This document shows positions 31,410-43,401 of a stretch of DNA of 64,000 bases, in pieces; positions within the stretch are counted from its first letter, which is position 1, and each line of letters starts with the position of its first letter. The position numbers were made by a program, and so were the translations under genes. The notes beneath the pieces were generated by a model. It did not search any database and was not told the DNA's origin. It saw nothing but the letters and a program-made list of their open reading frames with translations. Source of the stretch: Pseudomonadota bacterium (GTDB lineage Bacteria > Pseudomonadota > Alphaproteobacteria > Sphingomonadales > CAKZYD01); assembly GCA_049324415.1 (NCBI GenBank), contig JBMOOS010000020.1:4717-68716 (forward strand), written 5' to 3'.

Positions 31410-32891
31410 ATGCAGATAACCGAAATCACCAACGAGGGGTTGAAGCGCGAGTTCGCGATCGTGATCGCCGCCGCCGACATGGAAAAGCGCATCGCCGCCC
31501 ATGTGGACGCGTTGAAGGCGCGGATCCGCATGCCGGGTTTCCGTCCCGGCAAGGTGCCCACCAGCCTCATCCGCAAGATGCATGGCGAAAGCCTGCGCGG
31601 CCAGGCGCTGCAAGAGGCGGTGAACGAGACCACCCAGAAGGTGATCGAGGACAAAAAGCTGCGCCCGGCCTTGCAGCCCAATGTCGAGATCACCAAGTTC
31701 GAGGAGGACGCCGACCTTGAATATAAGGTGGCGCTCGAAGTGCTGCCGGAGATCGTGGCCCCGGACTTTGCCGACCTTAAGCTGGAAAAGCTGGTCGCCG
31801 AGGTGGATGAGCCCGAGATCGACCAAGCCCTGGAGCGTTTGGCGGCGCAGCAAAAAACCTTCAAGCCAGCCGCCAAGGGCCATGCCGCGGAGGAGGGCGA
31901 CGCCCTCGTCATCGACTTTGTCGGCACGCTTGACGGCACGGCGTTCGAGGGCGGCGCGGGCGAGGACTTCCAGCTCGAATTGGGCTCGGGCGCCTTTATC
32001 CCCGGCTTCGAGGCGCAGCTTGTCGGCGCCAAGGCGGGCGAGGCGCGCACCGTGACCGTGACCTTTCCGCAGGACTATCCGGACAAGAAGCTGGCCGGCA
32101 AGGCGGCGGCCTTCGAGGTCAGCGTTAGGGAAGTGAAAAACCCCGAGCCGGCCAAGGTCGATGAGGATCTGGCCAAGAATGTCGGCCTTGAAAGCCTGGC
32201 GGCGCTGCGCGCTTTGCTGAAGGAACGTCTGGAGCGCGAGCTGGCGCAGATGGCGCGGGCCAATTTGAAACGCCGCCTCCTCGACGCCCTCGCCGCGCGG
32301 CACGACTTTCCCGTGCCCCAGGGCATGGTGGACGCGGAATTCCAGCAAATCTGGGCGACCCTCCTCAATCAGGTGAGCGAGGAGGAACGCAAAAACTTGG
32401 AGGGCAACGACGCCGAAAAGGCCGATTATCGTCGGATTGCCGAGCGCCGGGTGCGCCTTGGCTTGCTGCTCGCCGAGGTCGGCCAGAAGAACAAGGTTGA
32501 AATCCGCCAGGAAGAGGTCAACCGCTTGATCGCCGAGGAAGCGCGGCGCTTCCCCGGTCAGGAGCGCGAGGTCTTTGAATTCTATCGCAAGAACCCTTCC
32601 GCCATGGCCCAGGTCCGGGCCCCGCTTTATGAGGACAAGGTGGTCGATTTCATCCTTGAGCTCGCCGAGGTTACGGAAAGGAAAGTAAGCCGCGCCGAGC
32701 TCGAGGCTGTTCTCACCGAGGACGAGGAGGCCGCCGACAAACCCGCCGCCAAGGCCGGCGAGAAGCCGGCGAAAAAGGCCGCCAAGGCAGAAAAAGCGAC
32801 GAAAGGCGAGGGGGATAAGGAAAAGGCTAAGAAGGCGCCGGCTAAAAAGCCACGTGCCAAGAAGGCGGAAAACAAGGACGGCGAGGCCTGA
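31410..32891 (+). CDS. tig: Trigger factor
   Basis: [10 protein letters not shown]; FKBP domain FIPGFE; Lys/Ala-rich tail. Confidence 0.97.
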   Translation: MQITEITNEGLKREFAIVIAAADMEKRIAAHVDALKARIRMPGFRPGKVPTSLIRKMHGESLRGQALQEAVNETTQKVIEDKKLRPALQPNVEITKFEEDADLEYKVALEVLPEIVAPDFADLKLEKLVAEVDEPEIDQALERLAAQQKTFKPAAKGHAAEEGDALVIDFVGTLDGTAFEGGAGEDFQLELGSGAFIPGFEAQLVGAKAGEARTVTVTFPQDYPDKKLAGKAAAFEVSVREVKNPEPAKVDEDLAKNVGLESLAALRALLKERLERELAQMARANLKRRLLDALAARHDFPVPQGMVDAEFQQIWATLLNQVSEEERKNLEGNDAEKADYRRIAERRVRLGLLLAEVGQKNKVEIRQEEVNRLIAEEARRFPGQEREVFEFYRKNPSAMAQVRAPLYEDKVVDFILELAEVTERKVSRAELEAVLTEDEEAADKPAAKAGEKPAKKAAKAEKATKGEGDKEKAKKAPAKKPRAKKAENKDGEA

Positions 32892-32956
32892 CCGGCGTTG
32901 CCGGAGACGGTTTTGGGGTGTTGACGGATGGCTTTACGGGATGTGAAGGACGGACC

Positions 32957-33586
32957 ATGGACCTAGTCGATAAAATGTATAGCCAGCTTGTGCCCATCGT
33001 GGTCGAGCAGACCAACCGGGGCGAGCGCTCCTTCGACATCTTCTCTCGCCTGCTGCGCGAACGCATCGTCTTTGTCAGCGGCCCGGTGGACGACGGGATG
33101 GCGAGCCTGGTCGTCGCCCAGCTGCTTTTCCTGGAGGCGGAAAACCCGAAAAAGGACATCGCCATGTACATCAACTCGCCTGGCGGGGTGGTGACATCGG
33201 GCCTCGCTATTTACGACACGATGCAATATATCCGCCCCAAGATCGCCACCGTGTGCATCGGCCAGGCGGCTTCGATGGGCTCGCTTTTGCTGGCGGCGGG
33301 GGATGCCGGCCTGCGCTATTGCACGCCCAATGCCCGGGTGATGGTGCACCAGCCCTCCGGCGGCTTCCAGGGCCAGGCCTCGGACATCGAGATCCATGCC
33401 CGCGAGGTGCTGAAGATCCGCGCGCGTTTGAATCAGATTTATGTCAAGCACACGGGGCAGACGCTCGACGTCATCGAGGCGGCGATGGAGCGCGACAAGT
33501 TCATGTCGCCGGAGGAAGCCAAGGAATTCGGCCTCATCGATGAGGTCTACGCCAAGCGGCCGGAGCCGGCGGAAGAGGACAAATAG
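32957..33586 (+). CDS. clpP: ClpP protease
   Basis: [30 protein letters not shown]. Confidence 0.98.
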   Translation: MDLVDKMYSQLVPIVVEQTNRGERSFDIFSRLLRERIVFVSGPVDDGMASLVVAQLLFLEAENPKKDIAMYINSPGGVVTSGLAIYDTMQYIRPKIATVCIGQAASMGSLLLAAGDAGLRYCTPNARVMVHQPSGGFQGQASDIEIHAREVLKIRARLNQIYVKHTGQTLDVIEAAMERDKFMSPEEAKEFGLIDEVYAKRPEPAEEDK

Positions 33587-33832
33587 GGCCTGACCGGCGC
33601 CTGGCGAGCATGGAAAATGGCCGTCCATTAAGCAAATCTTGACCGCGCCGGCATAGTGTTCCAGATGTAAGAGCGGCCCCGCAAGCCGGCGGCTGTTTGT
33701 CCGCCAGGGTTGCGCGGCAGGGAAAATTGGCCGCGGTTTGGCGCTAAAGGACGTTGTCCGCGGCTTGCCGATCGGGCTAGGATGGCGGTGCCGGCCCCCA
33801 AGGGGCCGGGGCGCGGGATTTGAGGACGAAGA

Positions 33833-35098
<1,266 letters not shown>

Positions 35099-35123
35099 GA
35101 TCATTGGCGCCGCCAGCCGCCGC

Positions 35124-35152
35124 CTTGAACTTGCGCAAAGTCCCGCCATCTA
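35124..35152 (+). promoter_or_regulatory. Putative RpoH (sigma-32) promoter of lon
   Basis: CTTGAA-N16-CCATCTA. Confidence 0.6.
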
Positions 35153-35247
35153 TTTGGGTAATATGCTATGTCGGTCCAGTGCCCCGACGCGTGCGGGGGC
35201 GAGGATAGCCGCCGGATGCTTTGGTGAATAAGGCCGGCCAATAAATA

Positions 35248-37650
35248 ATGGAAGGGTTCATGAGTCAGCAATTTCCCGTACTGCCGTTGCGCGACATCGT
35301 CGTTTTTCCGCACATGATCGTGCCGCTGTTCGTCGGCCGCGAAAAATCGGTCAAAGCGCTTGAATCGGTGATGCGCGGCGACAAGCAGATCTTGCTGGTG
35401 GCGCAAAAAAATGCCGCCGAGGACGATCCGAAGGCGAGCGATGTCTATACGCTGGGCACCGTCGCGACGGTGTTGCAGCTTCTTAAACTGCCGGACGGCA
35501 CGGTGAAGGTGCTGGTCGAGGGCAAGCGCCGTGCGCGCATCGGCAAATTCGTCCGCGAGGACAGCCATTTCGAGGCCGAGGTCGAATTCAAGGAGGACAT
35601 CGTCGCGCAAGCGGACGAGATCAAGGCGCTGTCGCGCTCGGTGGTCGGCCAGTTCGATCAGTATGTGCGCTTGAACAAGAAAATCCCTCCCGAGGTGCTG
35701 GTCACGGCGAACCAGATCGAGGACCCGTCCAAGCTCGCCGACACCATCGCCTCGCACCTGGCGCTCAAGATCTCGGACAAGCAGGAGCTGTTGGCCGAAC
35801 TCGATGTCGCCAAGCGCCTGGAGCGGGTTTACGCGCACATGGAAGGCGAGATCGGCGTTCTTCAGGTGGAGAAGAAGATCCGCAGCCGCGTCAAGCGCCA
35901 GATGGAGAAAACCCAGCGCGAATATTATCTCAACGAGCAGCTGAAGGCGATCCAGAAGGAACTGGGGGAAAGCGAGGAAGGCAAGGACGAGATCGCCGAG
36001 CTCGAGGACAAGATCAAGAAGACCAAGCTTTCCAAGGAAGCGCGCGAGAAATGCCTGGCCGAGGTGAAAAAGCTGCGCTCCATGAGCCCGATGTCGGCCG
36101 AAGCCACGGTGGTGCGCAATTATCTTGATTGGATGCTGTCCATTCCCTGGGGCAAGAAGTCCAAGGTCAAGAAGGACATCAAGCTCGCCGAAAAGGTGCT
36201 CGACCGCGATCATTACGGGCTTGCCAAGGTCAAGGAGCGGATCGTCGAATATCTTGCCGTGCAGCAGCGCATGAACAAGGTCAAGGGCCCGATCCTGTGC
36301 CTGGTGGGGCCGCCTGGCGTCGGCAAGACATCGCTCGGCCGCTCCATCGCCGAGGCGACGGGGCGCAATTTCGTCCGCTTCTCGCTTGGCGGGGTGCGCG
36401 ACGAGGCGGAAATCCGCGGCCACCGGCGCACCTATATCGGCTCGATGCCGGGCAAGGTGATCCAGAACATGAAAAAGGCGGGGATGGCCAATCCCCTGTT
36501 CCTGCTCGACGAGATCGACAAGATGGGTCATGACTTTCGCGGCGATCCGGCCTCGGCCCTTCTGGAGGTGCTCGACCCCGAGCAGAACGCCCGCTTCAAC
36601 GATCATTATCTGGAGGTGGATTACGACCTGTCCGATGTGATGTTCGTCACCACCGCCAATACCTTGCGCATGCCCCAGCCCTTGCTCGACCGGATGGAGA
36701 TCATCCATCTTCCCGGTTACACCGAGGACGAAAAGGTGGAGATCGCCAAGCGCCATCTCATCCCCAAGCAGCGGGAAGAGCATGGCCTCGACGCCAAGGA
36801 ATGGACCATTTCCGACGCCGCCTTGCGCGATGTCATCCGCTATTATACCCGCGAGGCCGGGGTGCGCAGCCTGGAGCGCGAGCTGGCGCGCCTTGCCCGC
36901 AAGTCATTGAAGCGCATCGTCGAGGGTTCGGCGAAGAAAGTGGCGATAACCAGCCGCAATGTGGGCGCTTATCTCGGCGTGCGGCGCTATCGCTTCGGCG
37001 AGATCGAGGAAGAGGATCTCGTCGGCCTTGTCACGGGCCTTGCCTGGACCGAGGTCGGCGGCGAACTCCTCAACATCGAGGCGGTGACCGTTCCCGGCAA
37101 GGGCAATATCAAGTCCACCGGCAAGCTTGGCGACGTGATGCAGGAATCGGTGCAGGCGGCGCTTTCCTACGTGAAGTCGCGCGCCGTCGCCTATGGCATC
37201 GAGCCGACGGTGTTCGAAAAGCGCGACATCCACATCCATGTCCCCGAGGGCGCGACGCCCAAGGACGGACCGTCGGCGGGCGTTGCCATGGTGACCGCCA
37301 TCGTCTCGACGCTTGCCGGCATACCGGTGCGCCGCGACGTGGCGATGACCGGGGAAGTGACCTTGCGCGGCCGGGTGCTGGCCATTGGCGGCCTTAAGGA
37401 AAAGCTTCTCGCCGCCCTGCGCGGCGGCATCAAGACGGTGCTCATCCCCAAGGACAACGAAAAGGACTTGGCGGAAATCCCCGATAATGTGAAGCGGGGC
37501 ATGGTCATCGTGCCGGTGGCCTGTGTCGATGACGTGTTGAAGGACGCCCTGGCGCGGCCGCTGGTGCCCATCGACTGGCAGGAGGAGGAGGTCGCCCACG
37601 TGGTCGAGGAAAAGCCGGCCGCCAGCGGGGAAACGCTGACCACCCATTAG
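35248..37650 (+). CDS. lon: Lon protease
   Basis: [27 protein letters not shown]; start could be ATG 35260. Confidence 0.98.
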   Translation: MEGFMSQQFPVLPLRDIVVFPHMIVPLFVGREKSVKALESVMRGDKQILLVAQKNAAEDDPKASDVYTLGTVATVLQLLKLPDGTVKVLVEGKRRARIGKFVREDSHFEAEVEFKEDIVAQADEIKALSRSVVGQFDQYVRLNKKIPPEVLVTANQIEDPSKLADTIASHLALKISDKQELLAELDVAKRLERVYAHMEGEIGVLQVEKKIRSRVKRQMEKTQREYYLNEQLKAIQKELGESEEGKDEIAELEDKIKKTKLSKEAREKCLAEVKKLRSMSPMSAEATVVRNYLDWMLSIPWGKKSKVKKDIKLAEKVLDRDHYGLAKVKERIVEYLAVQQRMNKVKGPILCLVGPPGVGKTSLGRSIAEATGRNFVRFSLGGVRDEAEIRGHRRTYIGSMPGKVIQNMKKAGMANPLFLLDEIDKMGHDFRGDPASALLEVLDPEQNARFNDHYLEVDYDLSDVMFVTTANTLRMPQPLLDRMEIIHLPGYTEDEKVEIAKRHLIPKQREEHGLDAKEWTISDAALRDVIRYYTREAGVRSLERELARLARKSLKRIVEGSAKKVAITSRNVGAYLGVRRYRFGEIEEEDLVGLVTGLAWTEVGGELLNIEAVTVPGKGNIKSTGKLGDVMQESVQAALSYVKSRAVAYGIEPTVFEKRDIHIHVPEGATPKDGPSAGVAMVTAIVSTLAGIPVRRDVAMTGEVTLRGRVLAIGGLKEKLLAALRGGIKTVLIPKDNEKDLAEIPDNVKRGMVIVPVACVDDVLKDALARPLVPIDWQEEEVAHVVEEKPAASGETLTTH

Positions 37651-37887
37651 AGCGCCGAGCGTCAGGCTTGAAAACCGCTTTAGGGCCGTGCCGTGAATCG
37701 ATCCGGCGCGGCCCTTGCGTGAGTCGGCGGTGGATTCGTCCTGACGACGGGAAGGACAGCCGACGCTTGCGGCGGGTTGGGGGGGTAAAGCTGCGGCTTT
37801 GTGCGTCGCCATCTGGCAAGCTCACCCCGAAGTCATGGAAATCGACGTTAAGGCGAGATTTTCCGCCGCTTTGCGGCGTTTTTCCTT

Positions 37888-37917
37888 TTGACAGTTTTCC
37901 AGCGATGCCCCTACACT
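37888..37917 (+). promoter_or_regulatory. Putative sigma-70 promoter of the HU gene
   Basis: TTGACA-N18-TACACT. Confidence 0.5.
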
Positions 37918-38094
37918 CCGCCGTCGTTTAGACCCCATTTGTCATTGGCCAGGAAGGGATATGCAACTTGGCCGGCGGGGCGAGTGGGTTTCAGGTGCTT
38001 TGTCGAGAGGTCGTCGCCGCAACCATCGGCTGCCGGCGGGGGCCATCAGCAAGGGCGAGAATTGACTTTCAACCCAATATCAGGGGGATGACGC

Positions 38095-38370
38095 GTGAAC
38101 AAAAACGATCTGGTAGCCAAGGTCGCCGATTCTGCGGGCTTGACGAAGGCTGGCGCCGCCGCGGCGGTGGATGCGGTTTTCGACTCCATCACTTACGCCT
38201 TGAAGAAGGGTGACGAGGTTCGCCTCGTCGGCTTTGGCACCTTTGCCGTGACCAAGCGCAAGGCTGGCACGGGGCGCAACCCGCGCACCGGCGAAGTGAT
38301 CAAGCTGAAGGCTTCCAAGCAGCCCAAGTTCAAGGCGGGCAAGGGCCTTAAGGACGCGGTCAACAAATAA
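38095..38370 (+). CDS. hupB: DNA-binding protein HU
   Basis: MNKNDLV, GFGTF, GRNPRTGE, FKAGKGLKDAVN; follows lon. Confidence 0.95.
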   Translation: MNKNDLVAKVADSAGLTKAGAAAAVDAVFDSITYALKKGDEVRLVGFGTFAVTKRKAGTGRNPRTGEVIKLKASKQPKFKAGKGLKDAVNK

Positions 38371-38391
38371 GGCGCGACCGATTGATCGCGG

Positions 38392-38422
38392 AGGCGGCGC
38401 GCCCCCCGGGCGCGCCGCCTTT
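38392..38422 (+). terminator. Intrinsic terminator after the HU gene
   Basis: AGGCGGCGCGCCC-CCC-GGGCGCGCCGCCT followed by T-rich sequence. Confidence 0.75.
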
Positions 38423-38521
38423 GTATTTGTAACGGGGGTGCGCAGGGATCGAGACAGGCGGAGTCTGTTTCCTCTCGACCAAGCGAGATCAGGCAAAATG
38501 CTCGTGGATAGAGGCCGGACC

Positions 38522-38643
38522 CTAGTGGTGCGATTCCAACGGATGGTTCCCATCTGTTGGAGAAATCGCACCACAGATTCACTAACTTAAGTGGTCCACT
38601 TTTCCCAAACGGATGGATTTATCCGTTTGGGGCGGACCACTAG
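38522..38643 (+). repeat. Family A palindromic element (122 bp, matches the consensus)
   Basis: CTAGTGGTGCGATT...GCGGACCACTAG. Confidence 0.95.
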
Positions 38644-38748
38644 AGCCTGTTCACCTCAATCGGCGTCGGTGAACGTGGCTCTAGAGGTTTTGATGTGTCG
38701 CCTTCTCCGACTGCAAAATCATATACGCTTTTGCTGAAGCCGCTCCAG
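38640..38748 (+). repeat. Family B element (degenerate), sharing its left CTAG with family A
   Basis: CTAGAGCC..GGCTCTAG arm, linker GTTTTGATGTGTCGC, second arm GCAAAA..TTTTGC..GCTCCAG; same layout as 53177-53282. Confidence 0.7.
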
Positions 38749-38751
38749 GGG

Positions 38752-39435
38752 TCAAACGATTTGGGTCGACAAGGCGCCGACGCCGTCGATGCCTCCGGTC
38801 ATCGCGTCCCCGGGTCCCACCGGGCCGACGCCGGCCGGGGTTCCGGAAAAAATGAGGTCGCCGGCGGCAAGCGTGAAGAGCCTTGACAGATGGGCGATGA
38901 TTTCCGGCACCCGCCAGATCATCTCGGACAAGTCGGCGTCTTGCCTTACCGCGCCATTGACGGCGAGCCAGATCCGCCCGCTTGCCGGGTGGCCGATCTC
39001 GGCGGCGGGACGGAGAGGGGAAACCGGCGCCGAGGCATCGAAGCCCTTGGCGGTGTCCCACGGCCGGCCCATCTCGCGCGCCGCCCGCTGCAGGTCGCGC
39101 CGGGTAAGGTCGTTGCCGACCCCATAGCCAAAAACATGGTCCAGCGCTTGATCGGCGGAAATGGCCTGGCCGGCCTTGCCGATGGCGATGACGAGCTCGA
39201 TCTCGTGATGCAGCTCCTGGGTGCCGGGGGGATAGGCAACGCTTGCCCCATCGGCGACGATGGCGTTCGCCGGCTTGGTGAAAAAAAACGGTAGTTCGCG
39301 CGTGTCCATGCCCATTTCCCGTGCATGCGCGGCGTAATTGCGGCCAACGCAATAAATGCGATGGACGGGAAAACGCAAAGGGCTGCCAGCGATGGCAAGA
39401 CTGGGGCGGGCGGGCGGCGGAAAAAGATAGTCCAT
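38752..39435 (-). CDS. Fumarylacetoacetate hydrolase family protein
   Basis: RIYCVGRNYAAHAREMG, HHEIEL, DLTRRDLQ, GTPAGVG. Confidence 0.93.
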   Translation of the reverse strand: MDYLFPPPARPSLAIAGSPLRFPVHRIYCVGRNYAAHAREMGMDTRELPFFFTKPANAIVADGASVAYPPGTQELHHEIELVIAIGKAGQAISADQALDHVFGYGVGNDLTRRDLQRAAREMGRPWDTAKGFDASAPVSPLRPAAEIGHPASGRIWLAVNGAVRQDADLSEMIWRVPEIIAHLSRLFTLAAGDLIFSGTPAGVGPVGPGDAMTGGIDGVGALSTQIV

Positions 39436-39533
39436 GCAGGCCTCGGCGGTCTTGTTGGTCCCAAGCGTCATAAAGGAAAAACCGTGACAAGGCGAGCGAT
39501 GAAGCGTGCCGGCGAGGAGCAGCAGCGGTGGCC

Positions 39534-40421
39534 TCAAGCCGGCATCGTCACCGCCCGATTGCGGCCGCCTTTTTTGGCGGCATAAAGTCCCTGGTCGGCG
39601 CGCTTCATCAAATCGGAGAGGCTGTCGCCCCATCGCAAGGCGGTAAGGCCAATGCTGATGGTAAAGCCGAGCGCGTCATGGCCCAGGCTCAAGGAGGTGG
39701 CGGCGACGCGGGCGCGCACGTCCTCGGCGATGCCCGCGCCGCGATGCATATCGGCTTCCGGAAGGAGGACGGCGAACTCCTCGCCGCCAACCCGGCCGAG
39801 CACGGCATTGGCCGGCAGGGCGCGGCTTGCAGTGCTGGCGAAAAGCATCAATGCCTGATCGCCCACGTCATGGCCATGCGTGTCGTTGATCGACTTGAAA
39901 TGATCGACGTCCATGAGGAGGAGGGCCAGCGGCGTTGCGTTTTCCTCCGCCGCTTCGATGGCGAGATTGGCGGCGACGCCAAAGGCGCGGCGATTGAAAA
40001 GCCCGGTCAGGGGGTCGCGATTGGCCAAGCGGTAAAGGTCGTTTTGCATGCGCAGCACACGGTTCGCGGCGCGCAAGCGGGCCCACAGGACGGCGGCGTT
40101 GAGGGGCTTGTGCAAATAATCGTCGGCGCCGCAGTCGAGGGCCTCGATGAAGCGCTTCTCATCGTCCGAGCTGGTGACGACAAGGATATAGCTCAGCGCC
40201 GTCTTTTCGTTGGTGCGAACGTGCCACGCCAATTCCAACCCGGACATGCCAGCGACCTCGAGGCCGGTGATAAGGAGATCGACGGCCTCGGGGCCACGGA
40301 TGTATTTCCATGCCTCGGCGCCGTCGACGAAGGTGCGCAGATCGTCATAGCCCAGCGCCTGGACCATTTTCGTCATGATGTTGACTTGGGTTTTGCCGCT
40401 GTCGACAAGGACGATGTGCAT
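39534..40421 (-). CDS. Diguanylate cyclase with atypical REC domain
   Basis: DPLTGLFNRR, DVDHFKSINDTHGHDVGD, GGEEF. Confidence 0.9.
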   Translation of the reverse strand: MHIVLVDSGKTQVNIMTKMVQALGYDDLRTFVDGAEAWKYIRGPEAVDLLITGLEVAGMSGLELAWHVRTNEKTALSYILVVTSSDDEKRFIEALDCGADDYLHKPLNAAVLWARLRAANRVLRMQNDLYRLANRDPLTGLFNRRAFGVAANLAIEAAEENATPLALLLMDVDHFKSINDTHGHDVGDQALMLFASTASRALPANAVLGRVGGEEFAVLLPEADMHRGAGIAEDVRARVAATSLSLGHDALGFTISIGLTALRWGDSLSDLMKRADQGLYAAKKGGRNRAVTMPA

Positions 40422-40517
40422 GGGGACCCAGACTTGGTTTTAGCGTGGCCCGTGGCTGGCGTCACGACGCCGACGCATAAATATCCGTCCCCTGGTCCAA
40501 AGCTAGGGCCCTGGCGC

Positions 40518-40532
40518 TTAAAACATGGTAAA
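40518..40532 (-). promoter_or_regulatory. Putative CtrA box
   Basis: Minus strand TTTACCATGTTTTAA. Confidence 0.4.
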
Positions 40533-40549
40533 AACGGGCATGGCTTTGC

Positions 40550-40700
40550 AACCGGACACCTCGAAAAACCGCCCTTTTGTGCTCTGACTTCCTCGCCGCT
40601 CGGCGGCGCTCCTCAAATATGGCTATATATTCTGCGGTGCTCGCCTTCGCGGCTCCTGGTCGGATCAGCAAAATCTTCGGTTCTTTAAGGTGTCCAGGTT
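40550..40700. repeat. RPE-1-like long palindromic element
   Basis: Terminal inverted repeat 15/18 identical (GGACACCTCGAAAAACCG vs GGACACCTTAAAGAACCG); inner stems; minus-strand core AGCACCGCAG-hairpin-TGAGGA. Confidence 0.7.
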
Positions 40701-40757
40701 CTACACGGCTGCGCCACGGCGACTGAGGCGGTCCGTCTTGCAAGTCGATTGAAGAAA

Positions 40758-40834
40758 TGGTCGGGGAGAGAGGATTCGAACCTCCGGCCCCTGCGTCCCG
40801 AACACAGTGCTCTACCAGGCTGAGCTACTCCCCG
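40758..40834 (-). tRNA. tRNA-Pro (CGG)
   Basis: CGGGGAG...CTGTG-TTCGGGA-CGCAG...CCCCGACCA. Confidence 0.97.
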
Positions 40835-40979
40835 ACCGATGAAAGGCGGGACGGGGCAAGGCCCCGGGGCGGGCGTTTCTATACAAGGGGGGACGGCCTT
40901 CCGCAAGCCGGGAATGAGGCAGCGGGCGGAAAGCCATGGGCCTTGCGGGCCGCCTTCCCGCCAGGGGTCGGGACCCTCG

Positions 40980-42866
40980 CTAGCCCTGCGCGGCGTCTTC
41001 CAGCTCTTGCTGCGCGTCCAGCCAGGCGGTCTCGGCGGCGGCGATCCGGCTTTTCAGCGCGGCTTCCTCCTGGCGCAGGCCGGTCAGCCGGGCGACCTTG
41101 TCCGCGGTTCCGTCATAAAGCGCCGGGTCGGCGAGGATAGCCTCGAGGCGCGCCTGCTCGGCGCCAAGCCGGGCCAGGGCTTTTTCCAACGCTTCGACCC
41201 GCCGCCGAAAGGGGGCGAGCCTTTGCCGCGCCTCGGCCGCCAGCCGGCGGGCGTCCTTGGCGCTTGCCGCCGCCTTGCCCGGTTTGGCCGCGCCATTGCT
41301 GGCGCGCCGTTCGCTAAGAATGCGGGCGACATAATCGTCCATGTCGCCGTCAAAGGCCTTGACCGTGCCCTCGGCCACCAGCCACAGGCGCTCGGCGCAG
41401 GCATCGATAAGGGTGCGGTCGTGGCTGATGAGGATGACGGCGCCGGCATAGGCGTTGAGCGCGTCCATGAGGGCGGCGCGGGCCTCGATGTCGAGATGGT
41501 TGGTGGGCTCGTCAAGGATGAGAAGGTGCGGCCGGTCATGGCTGATGAGGCAGAACAGAAGGCGCGCCTTCTCGCCCCCCGACAGAGTGGCGACGCTGCG
41601 GTTTGCCTTGTCGGCGGAAAAGCCGAAGCCGCCCAGGCGGGCGCGCACCCGCGCTTCGCCCGCCTCGGGCATCAGCCGGGCCATGTGCTGATAGGGAGTT
41701 TCATCGGCCGTCAAGGCCTCGAGCTGATGCTGGGCGAAATAGCCGGCCCGCAGCTTGGCAGGCTTCACCATGCCGCCGGCAAGGGGCTTTAAGCGCCCGG
41801 CCAGCACTTTCGCGAAGGTGGACTTGCCGGCGCCGTTGGGGCCCAGAAGGGCGATGCGGTCGTCCATGTCGAGGACAAGGGAAAGCTTATCGAGCACCGC
41901 CTTTCCCCCATAGCCGGCGCTTGCCCCCTCAAGGGTGATGAGGGGCGGCGGCAAGGGCTCGGGATCGGGAAAGTGCAAGGAGATTTCCTCCTCGTGATAG
42001 AGCGGCGCGTCCGCCGCCATGCGCGCCAGCATCTTCAAGCGTGATTGGGCCTGGCGCGCCTTGCTCGCCTTGGCCCGGAAACGGTCGATGAAAGCCGCGA
42101 TGCGGCGGCGCTCGCTTGCCGTTTTGGCGCGGGTCTTTTCCTGGCGCGCCTTGGCTTCGGCCCGGGTGCGGGCGAAACGGTCGTAATTGCCGCGATAGAC
42201 GGCAAGCCGGCCGCCTTCCACCAACAGGATGGTTCCAGCGACGGCGTTCAGCATGTCGCGGTCATGGCTCACCATGACGAGGGTGTGGGGATAGGTTTTG
42301 AGGAAATTTTCCAGCCAGATCGCCCCTTCAAGGTCAAGATAGTTGGTGGGTTCATCGAGGAGGAGAAGGTCGGGCGTGGTGAAGAGGACCGAGGCCAAGG
42401 CGATACGCATCCGCCAGCCGCCGGAAAAGGCGTCGAGCGGCCGCCCTTGCGCGGCGGCGTCGAAGCCAAGGCCGGCGAGGATGGCGCCGGCCCGCGCCTC
42501 GGCGGATGCGGCGCCAATGTCGGCAAGCTGGGCGTGGATTTCGGCGATGGCGCAAGGGTCGGTCTCGCTGGCAAGCCGCGCCTTAAGCGTGGTGAGCGTC
42601 TCGTCGGCGGCGAGCACGGTTTCAATGAGGCTCGCCGGGCCGGATGGCGCCTCCTGGGCAAGGCGGCCGATGCGCGCGCGCGGGCGCAAGGAAACGGCGC
42701 CGCCATCGGGCGCATGGTCGCCGGCGATAAGGCCAAGCAGCGTCGACTTGCCGGCGCCGTTGCGCCCGACCAGGCCGACCTTGGCGCCGGCCGGCACATG
42801 GGCGCTGGCGCCGTCGAACAAGAGCTTGCCGCCGAGGCTGAAACGCAGGTCTTTGATATGCAGCAT
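40980..42866 (-). CDS. ABC-F family ATPase
   Basis: Two GxNGAGKS / SGG / LDEPTN cassettes; no TM segments; C-terminal coiled coil. Confidence 0.93.
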   Translation of the reverse strand: MLHIKDLRFSLGGKLLFDGASAHVPAGAKVGLVGRNGAGKSTLLGLIAGDHAPDGGAVSLRPRARIGRLAQEAPSGPASLIETVLAADETLTTLKARLASETDPCAIAEIHAQLADIGAASAEARAGAILAGLGFDAAAQGRPLDAFSGGWRMRIALASVLFTTPDLLLLDEPTNYLDLEGAIWLENFLKTYPHTLVMVSHDRDMLNAVAGTILLVEGGRLAVYRGNYDRFARTRAEAKARQEKTRAKTASERRRIAAFIDRFRAKASKARQAQSRLKMLARMAADAPLYHEEEISLHFPDPEPLPPPLITLEGASAGYGGKAVLDKLSLVLDMDDRIALLGPNGAGKSTFAKVLAGRLKPLAGGMVKPAKLRAGYFAQHQLEALTADETPYQHMARLMPEAGEARVRARLGGFGFSADKANRSVATLSGGEKARLLFCLISHDRPHLLILDEPTNHLDIEARAALMDALNAYAGAVILISHDRTLIDACAERLWLVAEGTVKAFDGDMDDYVARILSERRASNGAAKPGKAAASAKDARRLAAEARQRLAPFRRRVEALEKALARLGAEQARLEAILADPALYDGTADKVARLTGLRQEEAALKSRIAAAETAWLDAQQELEDAAQG

Positions 42867-42964
42867 CCACTCGCTTTCGCTTGCCATCTTCGGCATTGCC
42901 AGGGCGCGCCGCGCCCCCTATAAGCCCGCCGATATATTTTTGACAGGAAGAAAAAAGGTGAGCC

Positions 42965-43387
42965 ATGGCTCTTGAGCGTACATTATCCATCATCAAGCCG
43001 GACGCCACGCGGCGCAATCTCACCGGCAAGGTCAACGCCATGCTGGAAGGCGCGGGCCTGCGCATCGTCGCCCAGCGCCGGCTGCGCTTGAGCAAGGCCG
43101 ACGCCGAGGCCTTTTACGCGGTTCACAAGGCGCGCCCGTTCTTCGCCGACCTGGTTAAGTTCATGACCTCGGGGCCGGTGGTCGTCCAGGTGTTGGAAGG
43201 CGAGGGGGCGGTCGCCAGGAACCGCGAGGTGATGGGCGCCACCAACCCCGCCGATGCCGCCGAGGGGACCATTCGCAAGGCCTTTGCCGAATCGATCGAG
43301 GCCAATTCGGTGCACGGCTCCGACAGCGCCGAGAACGCGGCCCGTGAAATCGCCTTTTTCTTCGCCGAGCGCGATATTGTCGGTTAA
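42965..43387 (+). CDS. ndk: Nucleoside diphosphate kinase
   Basis: [19 protein letters not shown]. Confidence 0.98.
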   Translation: MALERTLSIIKPDATRRNLTGKVNAMLEGAGLRIVAQRRLRLSKADAEAFYAVHKARPFFADLVKFMTSGPVVVQVLEGEGAVARNREVMGATNPADAAEGTIRKAFAESIEANSVHGSDSAENAAREIAFFFAERDIVG

Positions 43388-43401
43388 GACGGCCTGTCAG
43401 C

